Below are positions 8,943 through 17,577 of a stretch of DNA of 34,735 nt, piece by piece; the first letter of the stretch is position 1, and every line of letters begins with the position of its first letter. The notes beneath the pieces were generated by a model, which was not told the DNA's origin, did not search any database, and was given only the letters and a program-made list of their open reading frames with translations. The position numbers and the translations under genes are program-made. The stretch spans positions 1 through 34,735 of IMG/VR virus record IMGVR_UViG_3300046786_000014; one strand, 5' to 3'. This DNA comes from a virus (Duplodnaviria; Caudoviricetes).

Positions 8943-9554
8943 ATGGCAAAGACTAAAATCAGCGAGTGGAGTTCGACTCCAGCAAACAACACAGACATTG
9001 ATGGCATTAACATTGCAGAGGGCTGTGCGCCATCTGGAATTAACGATGCTATTCGTGAGATGATGTCACAGGTTAAAGACTTGCAAGCAGGTCTATCTGG
9101 TGACACATTGGCTATTGCTGCTGGTGGTACTGGTGCAGCTACATTGGCTGGTGCAAGCATTGTCACTTATACAGGTACAGAGACTCTTACAAACAAGACT
9201 CTGACAACACCATCCCTGACAAACCCCACAGTTACCAACTATGTAGAGACTCCTTACTCTGCTAATAGTTCTACTGCCATCACATTGGCTTTGACTAACG
9301 GCACAGTACAGATTATTACCTTGACAGGCAACGCCACAATCACAATGCCTACAGCGACAAGTGGTAAGTCTTTCATTATGTACTTGAAGCAAGATGGTAC
9401 AGGTTCACGCACAGTAACTTGGTCAACAGTTAAGTGGGCTGGTGGTACTGCACCTACGATTACATCTACTGCAAGCAGACAAGACATTCTCAGTTTCTTT
9501 GCTGATGGCACAAACTGGTATGGTGTCGTTGTTGGTCAGAACTACACACCATAA
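8943..9554 (+). CDS. Tail fibre protein (proximal/adaptor)
   Basis: INIAEGCAPSGINDAIRE virion-attachment motif, GGTGA, TLTNKTLT, QDGTGSRTVTW..VKWAGGTAPT motifs. Confidence 0.75.
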   Translation: MAKTKISEWSSTPANNTDIDGINIAEGCAPSGINDAIREMMSQVKDLQAGLSGDTLAIAAGGTGAATLAGASIVTYTGTETLTNKTLTTPSLTNPTVTNYVETPYSANSSTAITLALTNGTVQIITLTGNATITMPTATSGKSFIMYLKQDGTGSRTVTWSTVKWAGGTAPTITSTASRQDILSFFADGTNWYGVVVGQNYTP

Positions 9555-9564
9555 GGACTGATAA

Positions 9565-11961
9565 ATGTTTGCAGCAAGTAAAACAGATTCAGCCTCTACT
9601 GGCGGCTATCAAATCTCACGCAGTTTGCGCTTTAACAGCGCAGATTCTGCTTATCTGAATCGTACCCCTGCGAGTGCTACAAACCAAAAAACTTGGACTT
9701 GGAGTGGTTGGGTTAAGCGTAGCGCATTACGAGCAAATTTATCTGACCCTGCTACTCTATTTAATGCTGGTGGAAATGGTTTCAATGCTCGGTTTTCTTA
9801 TGCAAACCCTGACCAACTAGAGTTTTACAATTATTCGGGTGCGGCATTTCAGTTAAACCTTGCAACCACAGCAGTTTATAGAGATGTGTCTGCGTGGTAT
9901 CACATTGTCTTTGCTTTAGATACAACGCAAGCAACCGATACAAACCGATTCAAAGTGTATGTAAATGGCACTCAAGTAACTGCATTTTCAACTGCGACAT
10001 ATCCAAGCCAAAATTCAGATATGTTAGTAAACGGCACAAGTGTTCATGCACTTGGTGTTTTAAATGGCATTGGTGGTTATTACTCTGGTTACATGACCGA
10101 GGTGAACTTCATCGATGGTCAAGCCCTAACCCCATCATCATTTGGTGAAACAAACGCAGACACAGGCGTATGGCAACCTAAAGCCTACTCAGGCTCATAC
10201 GGCACTAACGGCTTCTATCTGAACTTCTCAGACAACAGCAATACAACAGCCGCTACATTGGGTAAAGACTACTCAGGTAACGGCAACAACTGGACACCTA
10301 ATAACTTCAGCGTGACTGCGGGTGCGGGTAATGACTCTCTTGTTGATTCACCAACATCGTATGGAACTGATACTGGTGTGGGTGGGACTGTGCGGGGGAA
10401 TTATTGCACATGGAATCCATTGGGTTCTGTTTTGGGTGCTGGCTCTGCAACAAATGGTAACTTAGATGTTGCTTGTGCAGATTCAACAACTGGTGCGGCT
10501 GGTTCTCGTGGAACTATGGCAACAACATCAGGCCAATGGTATTTTGAGGTCTTGGTTGTAAGTGGTGGTACTTACTCAATGATTGGTGTAAGTGATGCAA
10601 ATAAAGTTATCACATCCGCTGGTTGGGGTTCTTTAAATGCTTGGTGCTATTACGGGAATACTGGCAGTAAATACGGAAATGGTACAGATTCTGCTTATGG
10701 TGCAACCTATACAAATGGCGACTTAATTGGCGTTGCGTATGATTCTGACGCAGGGACTTTGACGTTCTACAAAAATGGAACAAGTCAAGGTCAGGCATAT
10801 ACAGGACTTACAGGAAAAGCCTTGTCGCCTTTTGTTGGTACTGCATCAGGAACAATGACTTTTACATTGAACGCTGGTCAACGCCCATTTGCCTACACAG
10901 CCCCAAGTGGCTACAAAGCACTTTGCACACAGAACTTGCCCACCCCTACGATTGGGGCGACTACGGCTACGCAAGCGGGTAAGTATTTCAATACTGTTTT
11001 GTACACAGGTAATGCAGGGACTTTGGCGGTAACTGGTGTTGGCTTTCAACCTGATTTTGTTTGGGCTAAAGGTAGAAGTGTTGCGTATTCACACGGCTTG
11101 TTTGATGCTGTTCGTGGTGCGACATTAAAACTCACCTCAAACTCAACAAACGCAGAAGCAACAGAATCAGGGCTTACGGCATTTAATTCAGATGGCTTTA
11201 CGCTTGGTAGCGATGTTGGATTAAATTCAAGTTCAGCAACATATGTATCTTGGAACTGGAAAGCCAACGGCTCTGGCTCAACCAACACATCAGGGTCAAT
11301 CACTTCAACAGTAAGCGCAAACACTACGAGTGGTTTTAGTGTGGTGACGTTTACGACTCAAGCAAGTGGTACTGCAACTGTTGGGCATGGTCTGGGTGTT
11401 GCGCCCGCTTTTATTATCACCAAGTTAAGGGGTGCGGCAAACAACTGGAATTCCTATCATGTATCGCTTGGGAATTCTGCATCAATCAATTTAAACCAAA
11501 CTGATGCGGTATTTACAGGTTCAACTAACTGGAATAACACTAGCCCAACTTCAAGTGTATTTTCACTCGGCTCAAATTGGGCTGGGTCATATACAGTTGT
11601 CGCCTACTGCTTTGCAGAAATATCAGGTTACAGCAAGTTTGGCTCTTACACAGGCAATGGTTCTACTGACGGGCCTTTTGTGTACACAGGATTTAGACCT
11701 GCTTTTGTCTTGTTTAAGCGAACTGACGCAACAAGTGATTGGTGGATGTACGATACTAAACGCTCACCTTCTAACGTAATTGATATTATCTTGTGGCCTA
11801 ATTATTCGGATGCAGAGGGTACTGGCGCATCAATTGCCATAGACATTTTGTCCAACGGATTTAAACCAAGGTCTAACAACGGCACTTTCAACGGAAGTGG
11901 TGGCACATATATCTTTATGGCCTTTGCTTCTGCCCCTCTGAAATTCTCTCTTGCACGATAG
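9565..11961 (+). CDS. Receptor-binding tail fibre protein with LamG/ConA-like and SPRY-like domains
   Basis: WTWSGWVKR, WYHIV, YVNGTQ (LamG); GQWYFEV, GDLIGVAYD..GTLTFYKNG (SPRY); YTGN..TGVGFQPDFVW.K.R repeats. Confidence 0.8.
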   Translation: MFAASKTDSASTGGYQISRSLRFNSADSAYLNRTPASATNQKTWTWSGWVKRSALRANLSDPATLFNAGGNGFNARFSYANPDQLEFYNYSGAAFQLNLATTAVYRDVSAWYHIVFALDTTQATDTNRFKVYVNGTQVTAFSTATYPSQNSDMLVNGTSVHALGVLNGIGGYYSGYMTEVNFIDGQALTPSSFGETNADTGVWQPKAYSGSYGTNGFYLNFSDNSNTTAATLGKDYSGNGNNWTPNNFSVTAGAGNDSLVDSPTSYGTDTGVGGTVRGNYCTWNPLGSVLGAGSATNGNLDVACADSTTGAAGSRGTMATTSGQWYFEVLVVSGGTYSMIGVSDANKVITSAGWGSLNAWCYYGNTGSKYGNGTDSAYGATYTNGDLIGVAYDSDAGTLTFYKNGTSQGQAYTGLTGKALSPFVGTASGTMTFTLNAGQRPFAYTAPSGYKALCTQNLPTPTIGATTATQAGKYFNTVLYTGNAGTLAVTGVGFQPDFVWAKGRSVAYSHGLFDAVRGATLKLTSNSTNAEATESGLTAFNSDGFTLGSDVGLNSSSATYVSWNWKANGSGSTNTSGSITSTVSANTTSGFSVVTFTTQASGTATVGHGLGVAPAFIITKLRGAANNWNSYHVSLGNSASINLNQTDAVFTGSTNWNNTSPTSSVFSLGSNWAGSYTVVAYCFAEISGYSKFGSYTGNGSTDGPFVYTGFRPAFVLFKRTDATSDWWMYDTKRSPSNVIDIILWPNYSDAEGTGASIAIDILSNGFKPRSNNGTFNGSGGTYIFMAFASAPLKFSLAR

Positions 11962-11969
11962 GACTCAAT

Positions 11970-12578
11970 ATGTTTACTGGCTTAGATTTAATAAATCAAA
12001 AGTTTGGTCGTTTGACTGTTATCGGTCAAAGTATTCGTATTGCCAAAGCAAAAACATGGGAATGTTTATGTGAGTGCGGAAACAAAAAGTTTGTTAAAAC
12101 TGGCAATTTGCGTAGTGGCGCAACACAATCTTGCGGATGCATTAAAAAAGAACGACTGCAACAAAATAACCCAAGAACAAAACATGGTTTGGCATTAACA
12201 CCAACATATATTTCTTGGCAGTCTATGAAAACACGATGCACAAATCCTAACTACAAACACTATGACAACTATGGTGGTCGTGGAATTACTTTCCCAGAAT
12301 CTTGGAAAGAGTTTGCAAACTTTCTAGCAGATATGGGTGAAAAGCCTGATGGCTACACTTTGGAAAGAATAGATAACGACAAAGGTTATAGTAAAGAAAA
12401 TTGCAAGTGGGCAAGTAGAAAAGAACAAGCCGCCAACACTAGAACTGCAAAACGCATTACATATAACAACAAAACAATGTGTATGCTTGATTGGTCAAGG
12501 GAATTAAACATACCCTATATTCAAATCAAAAAAGGATACCACAAAGGTTTATCTGCCGAACAAATTTTAGGAGCATAA
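11970..12578 (+). CDS. HNH homing-type endonuclease
   Basis: KFGRLTV, WECLCECG, QSCGC, MKTRC.NP, YGGRGI, TLERIDNDKGYSKENCKWA motifs; A-rich DNA inserted between fibre and chaperone. Confidence 0.85.
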   Translation: MFTGLDLINQKFGRLTVIGQSIRIAKAKTWECLCECGNKKFVKTGNLRSGATQSCGCIKKERLQQNNPRTKHGLALTPTYISWQSMKTRCTNPNYKHYDNYGGRGITFPESWKEFANFLADMGEKPDGYTLERIDNDKGYSKENCKWASRKEQAANTRTAKRITYNNKTMCMLDWSRELNIPYIQIKKGYHKGLSAEQILGA

Positions 12579-12579
12579 A

Positions 12580-13095
12580 ATGTTTGCATTACTTGACGAA
12601 AACAACGCAGTCACCCAAGTTGGTGAACTATCAATTCTCTTTCCAAACACATCTAACCCTACTCACGCATTTGCTATTGAGCAAGGTGCTTTAGAAGTGG
12701 TTGAAGGTGAGCAAAAAGACCAACGCTTCTATTGGGTGACTTTTGACAAGTATGAAGTAACTGGCAATGTCGTTACTCGCATTTATGTCAATACGCCAAA
12801 GGCTTTGGAAGATGTGACTGAGACACCAGAAGGTCAGACTGAGCCAGTCACGACTAAGGGTCTGAAGTCACAATGGATTGCACAAATCAAGGCATCTGCT
12901 AACTCACAACTGGCATCGACTGACTGGATGGTAATTCGTAAGGCAGAGCGTGATGTAGCTATCCCTGCTGAAGTAGTTGCTGAACGAGCAGAAATCATTG
13001 CTGACTGCACAGCTAAAGAAGCAGCTATTACAGCTTGCACAACTATGGAAGCCTTTATTGCAGTAGTTGCACCTGTGACTACTATTGAGCCATGA
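12580..13095 (+). CDS. Tail fibre assembly chaperone-like protein
   Basis: C-terminal L..TDWMV.R..E.....P......R motif; follows tail fibre. Confidence 0.65.
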   Translation: MFALLDENNAVTQVGELSILFPNTSNPTHAFAIEQGALEVVEGEQKDQRFYWVTFDKYEVTGNVVTRIYVNTPKALEDVTETPEGQTEPVTTKGLKSQWIAQIKASANSQLASTDWMVIRKAERDVAIPAEVVAERAEIIADCTAKEAAITACTTMEAFIAVVAPVTTIEP

Positions 13096-13319
13096 CCGAG
13101 CAAGTAACCCATGAGCAAATCTACGCTAGACTCGTTGCAGTTGAAGCCAAGGTAGATTCTATCGACAAGAACACAAAAGGGCTTGTAGAGGCTATAAACG
13201 CCTTGGAAGGTGCTTTTAAAGTGCTTGGGTGGGTTGCTTCTATTGCCAAACCATTGTTATGGGTTGGTGGGTTAATCATGGCTGCTGGTGCTATCTGGCA
13301 AACATGGATTAAAAAATGA
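13092..13319 (+). CDS. Coiled-coil plus C-terminal TM protein (lysis region, XhlA/holin-like)
   Basis: RLVAVEAKVDSI coil then hydrophobic segment ending in KK. Confidence 0.6.
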   Translation: MTEQVTHEQIYARLVAVEAKVDSIDKNTKGLVEAINALEGAFKVLGWVASIAKPLLWVGGLIMAAGAIWQTWIKK

Positions 13320-13408
13320 GGGATTGGGCTGAAGCATTTATTGCAGCAGTCCTCCTTTGTGCAACTATCATTTGGTGTTTTTACACAATAATTTGGGCTA
13401 TGTCGTGA
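13316..13408 (+). CDS. 30-aa single-TM peptide
   Basis: Not in ORF track. MRDWAEAFIAAVLLCATIIWCFYTIIWAMS; ATGA/GTGA overlaps with both neighbours. Confidence 0.6.
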   Translation: MRDWAEAFIAAVLLCATIIWCFYTIIWAMS

Positions 13409-13686
13409 GATGGCTATTACTAATTCCTTTTGTTCTGTTAGTAAATGCAAAATCTCCATGCACAGTTACAGACTTTTATGCAATTAGCTGGTTAGGTGAC
13501 CCAACACTTAGACATATGCAATTGTCTAGATGGTTAACAACAAATGGAGATAACTGTAGTTCAGAGCAACTTGTCATAATTTGGAATAGATTAGCAGAGT
13601 GGGCTGGTGCTGCCGATTCTGCTGAACTAAGAGGTAAGATTCTTTACTTTTATGCCAGAGCAAGGGAAAGAGAAGATAAGAAATGA
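13405..13686 (+). CDS. Putative exported protein with signal peptide
   Basis: Likely GTG start 13405: MRWLLLIPFVLLVNA-KSPC...; two Cys. Confidence 0.6.
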   Translation: MRWLLLIPFVLLVNAKSPCTVTDFYAISWLGDPTLRHMQLSRWLTTNGDNCSSEQLVIIWNRLAEWAGAADSAELRGKILYFYARAREREDKK

Positions 13687-13919
13687 TTGATAAAATCCGC
13701 TTGTTTCCTATGATTGATGCTTCTGGCTATCCAGATAAGACAGATGCCACTCAAAGACGCATTGAAAAGCACCAAGAAGAATATCGAGCAGTAGTCAAGG
13801 CTGCTAAAGCAGAACGCAAGATAGAAGACTTGTTGCTTGAGTTGTACAACAAAAGGGCTGAACAACAAAAGTTAAGACTTGAAATCTTTACAAATCGTAA
13901 GTTAGATTTTTATGTTTGA
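13683..13919 (+). CDS. Hypothetical coiled-coil protein
   Basis: 78 aa, ATGA coupling. Confidence 0.6.
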   Translation: MIDKIRLFPMIDASGYPDKTDATQRRIEKHQEEYRAVVKAAKAERKIEDLLLELYNKRAEQQKLRLEIFTNRKLDFYV

Positions 13920-13925
13920 GGTTAT

Positions 13926-14186
13926 ATGGAACACAATCAAGATGTTGTCGGTAAATTGACTTATTCTGTAACCCTGATGGTAGCAGCTACTCTTTGCTTA
14001 TCCGTTTTAGGAATGGTTGTTGCTTTCTTGCTTGGTTTATGGGCAAAGGAAGTTGATAACGCAGAGATTTTCTCAATGCTTCACCCTGCTTTTCAAACTA
14101 TCATTGGTGGCTTTATTGGCCTCTTGGCTGGCGTGAAACTATCTCATGGTGACAGCCATCCTAAATGTAAACATTGTGGAGATTAA
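13926..14186 (+). CDS. Two-TM membrane protein
   Basis: Two hydrophobic helices, GGFIGLLAG; GAGG RBS. Confidence 0.65.
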   Translation: MEHNQDVVGKLTYSVTLMVAATLCLSVLGMVVAFLLGLWAKEVDNAEIFSMLHPAFQTIIGGFIGLLAGVKLSHGDSHPKCKHCGD

Positions 14187-14188
14187 CC

Positions 14189-14683
14189 ATGTTTGAAATG
14201 CTATCTGGTGGTTTGCTAGGCTCTATCTTTGGTGGCGTATTTCGTCTAGCCCCTGAAGTCCTTAAATGGATGGATAAGAAGAACGAGCGTGAGCATGAAC
14301 TTAATATGTTCAAGTTTCAATGTGACCTAGAGGCACAGCGTGGCGCACAAAAACTAGCTGAGATTGGCGCACAGCGTGAAGCCGCAGTAGATGTTGGTGT
14401 GATGGATGTGTTTAATAATGCCATTACACAGCAAGCAGAAATGGTTAAAGCTGCTGGTGGATGGGTAGCTAGTCTGTCTGCCTCTGTGCGCCCTGTGGTG
14501 ACTTATTGGGTGCTATTTGTATGGTCATTTATTCATGTTTGGTTTGCTTGGAACGCATGGTTGGCTGGCGCACCAGCTACTGAAGTGTTTAAGACAATGA
14601 TGACTCCAGACTTTTCTGCCTTGTTATCAGGAACAATCAATTACTGGTTTCTTGACCGCACTCTTTCTAAACGTGGTTTATGA
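14189..14683 (+). CDS. Holin (3TM / GTA-holin-like)
   Basis: Start ATG 14189 with GGAG RBS; GWV..L.ASVRPVVTY and YWF.DR motifs; directly upstream of lysozyme. Confidence 0.7.
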   Translation: MFEMLSGGLLGSIFGGVFRLAPEVLKWMDKKNEREHELNMFKFQCDLEAQRGAQKLAEIGAQREAAVDVGVMDVFNNAITQQAEMVKAAGGWVASLSASVRPVVTYWVLFVWSFIHVWFAWNAWLAGAPATEVFKTMMTPDFSALLSGTINYWFLDRTLSKRGL

Positions 14684-15120
14684 ACTTAGAGATAGCTGCA
14701 TCGTTATGTAAGCAGTTTGAGGGTTTTAGGTCTAAGCCCTATCTCTGCCCTGCTGGTGTACCAACTATCGGCTATGGCTCGACTTACTATGCTGATGGGC
14801 GTAAGGTAACACTTCAAGACAGTCCTATTGGTGAGGCAGTTGCTAGTGCTTTGCTAATGCACGAACTAGAACATACTTATTTGCAAGGTGTTCTAAGAAA
14901 CTGCCCTATTCTTTTGACAGACGAGCGTAAATGCAATGCCATTGTTGACTTTTGCTATAACTTAGGTGTTGGCAGACTTCAGACAAGCACTCTTAAAAGA
15001 AAGATAAATGCCCAAGATTGGGAAGGGGCAAAAGAGGAATTAATGAAATGGTCAAAAGCTGGTGGTAAGGTTCTATCTGGTCTGTTAAAACGCAGACAAG
15101 CAGAATGTAACTTTATGTGA
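14680..15120 (+). CDS. Endolysin, GH24 lysozyme
   Basis: FEG...PY.CPAGVPTIGYGST, F.YN.G, STL, W..AGG.VL.GL..RR.AE motifs. Confidence 0.92.
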   Translation: MNLEIAASLCKQFEGFRSKPYLCPAGVPTIGYGSTYYADGRKVTLQDSPIGEAVASALLMHELEHTYLQGVLRNCPILLTDERKCNAIVDFCYNLGVGRLQTSTLKRKINAQDWEGAKEELMKWSKAGGKVLSGLLKRRQAECNFM

Positions 15121-15126
15121 GCCAAT

Positions 15127-15495
15127 ATGACACCAAACCAAGACGAAGCTGAACTATTTGCAAAAAGCATCAAGAAATGGCAAGAAATCTTGAGCCTTGG
15201 AGATTGGCGCATAGAAAAAGGCACTAAGCCAGCAAAACAGGCTATGGCATCTGTGGAGTTTAATCAGACTGCTAGACTGGCAACCTATCGACTTGGAGAC
15301 TTTGGTGCTGAGAAAATCACACCTGAAAGTCTAAATAAGACAGCATTACACGAGTTGCTGCACATCTTTCTTTATGACTTGATGATGGTAGCCACAGACC
15401 CTAAGTCCTCAGACGAGGATATTGAGATGCAAGAGCATAGGGTTATCAATTTGCTAGAAAACTTGCTTACTAAGGATTCCAATGGGCGCACATAA
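15127..15495 (+). CDS. Small zincin-like metalloprotein
   Basis: HELLH motif with downstream E. Confidence 0.6.
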   Translation: MTPNQDEAELFAKSIKKWQEILSLGDWRIEKGTKPAKQAMASVEFNQTARLATYRLGDFGAEKITPESLNKTALHELLHIFLYDLMMVATDPKSSDEDIEMQEHRVINLLENLLTKDSNGRT

Positions 15496-16462
15496 TGAAT
15501 CTTGCTCTGATGTTGAGTTTATTAAACTATGGGGTGAACTTAAGTCAGCTTCTGCATTAGCAAAACATTTAGGAGTTCATACAAGAGCAGTTTTTTTGCG
15601 CAGAAGATGGATTGAAGAACACTACAAGATTACGCTAGGTTCTGCTGACCATCGTGGTGAAAAGTATAACAAGCGTCCTAAATCTCATTCGCCTTTAAAG
15701 CAAATAGAACTAGGCATAGAGGACGGAACAGTTTTAGTGTTCTCAGATGCTCACTTCATTCCTAATCAGCGTACAACAGCGTTTAAAGGGCTTCTGTGGG
15801 CTATTCAGGAGTTCAAGCCTAAAGCAGTCATCTGTAATGGTGATGCGTTTGATGGTGCATCTATATCTCGCTATGGTGCAACTGAATACCAAACTTCTGT
15901 TATCCAAGAGTTAAAGGCTTGTCAGGCTATGCTTGGTGAGATTGAGGAAGCAGCTAAAGCTGAAAGACACAATGTAAAGTTGATATTTACATATGGAAAC
16001 CATGACGATAGATTCGCCTCTAGGCTTATCAACAATGCGCCTCAATTTAAAGATGTGCAAGGTTTTAAACTACCAAACCATATTCCAGATTGGGAATTCT
16101 GTTGGGCTTGTTGGCCTACAGACCAAGTGATTGTTAAGCACCGATACAAAGGTGGTATTCATGCAACTCATAACAATACAGTAAATGCTGGTGTATCAAT
16201 CGTAACTGGACACTTACATTCTCTCAAAGTTACGCCATTTTCTGATTACAACGGAAACCGCTATGGTGTTGATACAGGCACGTTAGCAGAGCCAGATGGC
16301 CCACAGTTTACTTATGGTGAACTAAACCCTAGTAACCATCGTTCAGGCTTTGCTGTGCTGAACTTCTTTAATGGTAAGTTATTGTGGCCTGAACTTGTCC
16401 ACAAGTTTGATGAAAATATGGTGGAGTTTCGTGGTGAAGTAATTGATGTAGGTGCATTTTGA
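15482..16462 (+). CDS. Calcineurin-like metallophosphoesterase with N-terminal HTH-like segment
   Basis: SDAH, GDAFD, GNHD, H, GHLH motifs in canonical order. Confidence 0.85.
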   Translation: MGAHNESCSDVEFIKLWGELKSASALAKHLGVHTRAVFLRRRWIEEHYKITLGSADHRGEKYNKRPKSHSPLKQIELGIEDGTVLVFSDAHFIPNQRTTAFKGLLWAIQEFKPKAVICNGDAFDGASISRYGATEYQTSVIQELKACQAMLGEIEEAAKAERHNVKLIFTYGNHDDRFASRLINNAPQFKDVQGFKLPNHIPDWEFCWACWPTDQVIVKHRYKGGIHATHNNTVNAGVSIVTGHLHSLKVTPFSDYNGNRYGVDTGTLAEPDGPQFTYGELNPSNHRSGFAVLNFFNGKLLWPELVHKFDENMVEFRGEVIDVGAF

Positions 16463-16602
16463 GTTCTTGGCTCATTATTCTCACAGGGGCAATATATGCC
16501 TACATAGCTGGTGAGCAGCTATATAAAGAAAACCCACATATGGCGATAGTCTATGCAGGTTACGCCTTTAGCAACGTGGGCTTGTACTTACTTGCTAAGT
16601 AA
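16459..16602 (+). CDS. 47-aa two-TM membrane protein
   Basis: Not in ORF track. TTG start overlapping upstream stop; MSSWLIILTGAIYAYIAGEQLYKENPHMAIVYAGYAFSNVGLYLLAK. Confidence 0.55.
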   Translation: MSSWLIILTGAIYAYIAGEQLYKENPHMAIVYAGYAFSNVGLYLLAK

Positions 16603-16903
16603 TGTCTTTCTGAAAGACTCCGTTAGGCAAAAGCGTACCCCTACGATTCTTAATCTGGTCGTATGCAACTTCCATACATTGTACGAGGTTTATGTCTTGA
16701 AGAACACAGTAATTAACAAGGCAGACCATGACATCACCAACAGCGTCAATAACAGCCTCCTTGTCATTTTTAATGGTCGCATCTGCTAGTTCTCCCATTT
16801 CTGATACAGCCTTTAATAGCTGAATTTCTGGTGTGCTATTAGGAATAATCTTACGAGCCTCTGCCCATTGAATTATTCGCATTTCAACATTTGCGTATGA
16901 CAT
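16595..16903 (-). CDS. mazG: MazG-like NTP pyrophosphohydrolase
   Basis: Start ATG 16903 (AAGGA RBS); QLLK..SE.GELA......D...DA.GDV, AYDQIKNR.G motifs. Confidence 0.8.
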   Translation of the reverse strand: MSYANVEMRIIQWAEARKIIPNSTPEIQLLKAVSEMGELADATIKNDKEAVIDAVGDVMVCLVNYCVLQDINLVQCMEVAYDQIKNRRGTLLPNGVFQKDIT

Positions 16904-16905
16904 AT

Positions 16906-17292
16906 CTATCCTTTCGAGTTTGCAAATTCGTACCACATGACATAAAAGTCTTTCAAGAAATCAAGACCCTCACCAATCTTTTTGCAATTACCAAATGTCG
17001 GAACTTGGAAAATATTACCGACAGTTGTGTACTGCGTATCTGTGTCACCAATAATGATAATCACAGTAAACTTAGGAACTTGAGCAAAAGCCCTTAACAG
17101 CAACTCTTGGCCCTTTGCCATTTTCTCATTTGGCTTTTTCCACTCACCAATTAAGAAGTGTCCTCTCCTCTCACATATCATGTCTATATTGCTAGGCAAG
17201 AAATGAGGATTGCTTTGTATCAACCTAGCGAAATCTCTGAAATCTGTATGACTAGCCAGAGAATTTCGCATTTGATTAGGCGGGCTACTCAT
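16906..17292 (-). CDS. Putative PD-(D/E)xK nuclease-fold protein
   Basis: PSNID-x10-EWK...GQ pattern; start may be 17292 or 17271. Confidence 0.5.
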   Translation of the reverse strand: MSSPPNQMRNSLASHTDFRDFARLIQSNPHFLPSNIDMICERRGHFLIGEWKKPNEKMAKGQELLLRAFAQVPKFTVIIIIGDTDTQYTTVGNIFQVPTFGNCKKIGEGLDFLKDFYVMWYEFANSKG

Positions 17293-17324
17293 GTTCGTCC
17301 GCTATTTCTAGCCACTTTCGCCCG
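17281..17324 (-). ncRNA. Putative cis-regulatory structured RNA (loop-E-like motif plus GNRA hairpin)
   Basis: CGGGC-GAAA-GTG-GCTA-GAAA-TAGC-GGACGAA-CAT-GAGTA-GCCCG on minus strand. Confidence 0.55.
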
Positions 17325-17328
17325 AAAC

Positions 17329-17577
17329 TCAGAACGGAACAGAATCGTCAAATTCTTCTTGCTTTACCTTTTTCTTAGGCTGCAATGAAGCATCTGCGTT
17401 CTTATTCTTGACAGACAAAGACATGAACTTAGCCCCATCTTTGCTTACCTTAATCCAAGCAGATAGCCAGTATTCTGTGCCATCTACATTGATGCTTCCT
17501 TTGTAATCAGGAAACTTTGCATCGTCTTTTCGGTCATTCTTAAAGAGTGAGCCTCTGTTAGTTGAATCGTATTCCAT
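17329..17577 (-). CDS. Small ssDNA-binding protein-like
   Basis: G.LFKN..K....PDY.G.I.VDG.EYWLSAW fold, acidic tail ending DDSVPF; adjacent to ERF. Confidence 0.7.
   Translation of the reverse strand: MEYDSTNRGSLFKNDRKDDAKFPDYKGSINVDGTEYWLSAWIKVSKDGAKFMSLSVKNKNADASLQPKKKVKQEEFDDSVPF

Noticed and set aside
11970-12578. Group I intron around HNH genes (also 25382..25849)
   Set aside because: Both HNH ORFs are free-standing between intact genes with almost no flanking non-coding sequence for a ribozyme core.
91-16500. Numerous minus-strand ORFs over structural genes (e.g. 91..528, 2341..2541, 5068..5379, 13121..13459)
   Set aside because: Antisense shadows of well-supported genes, without RBS or recognisable motifs.
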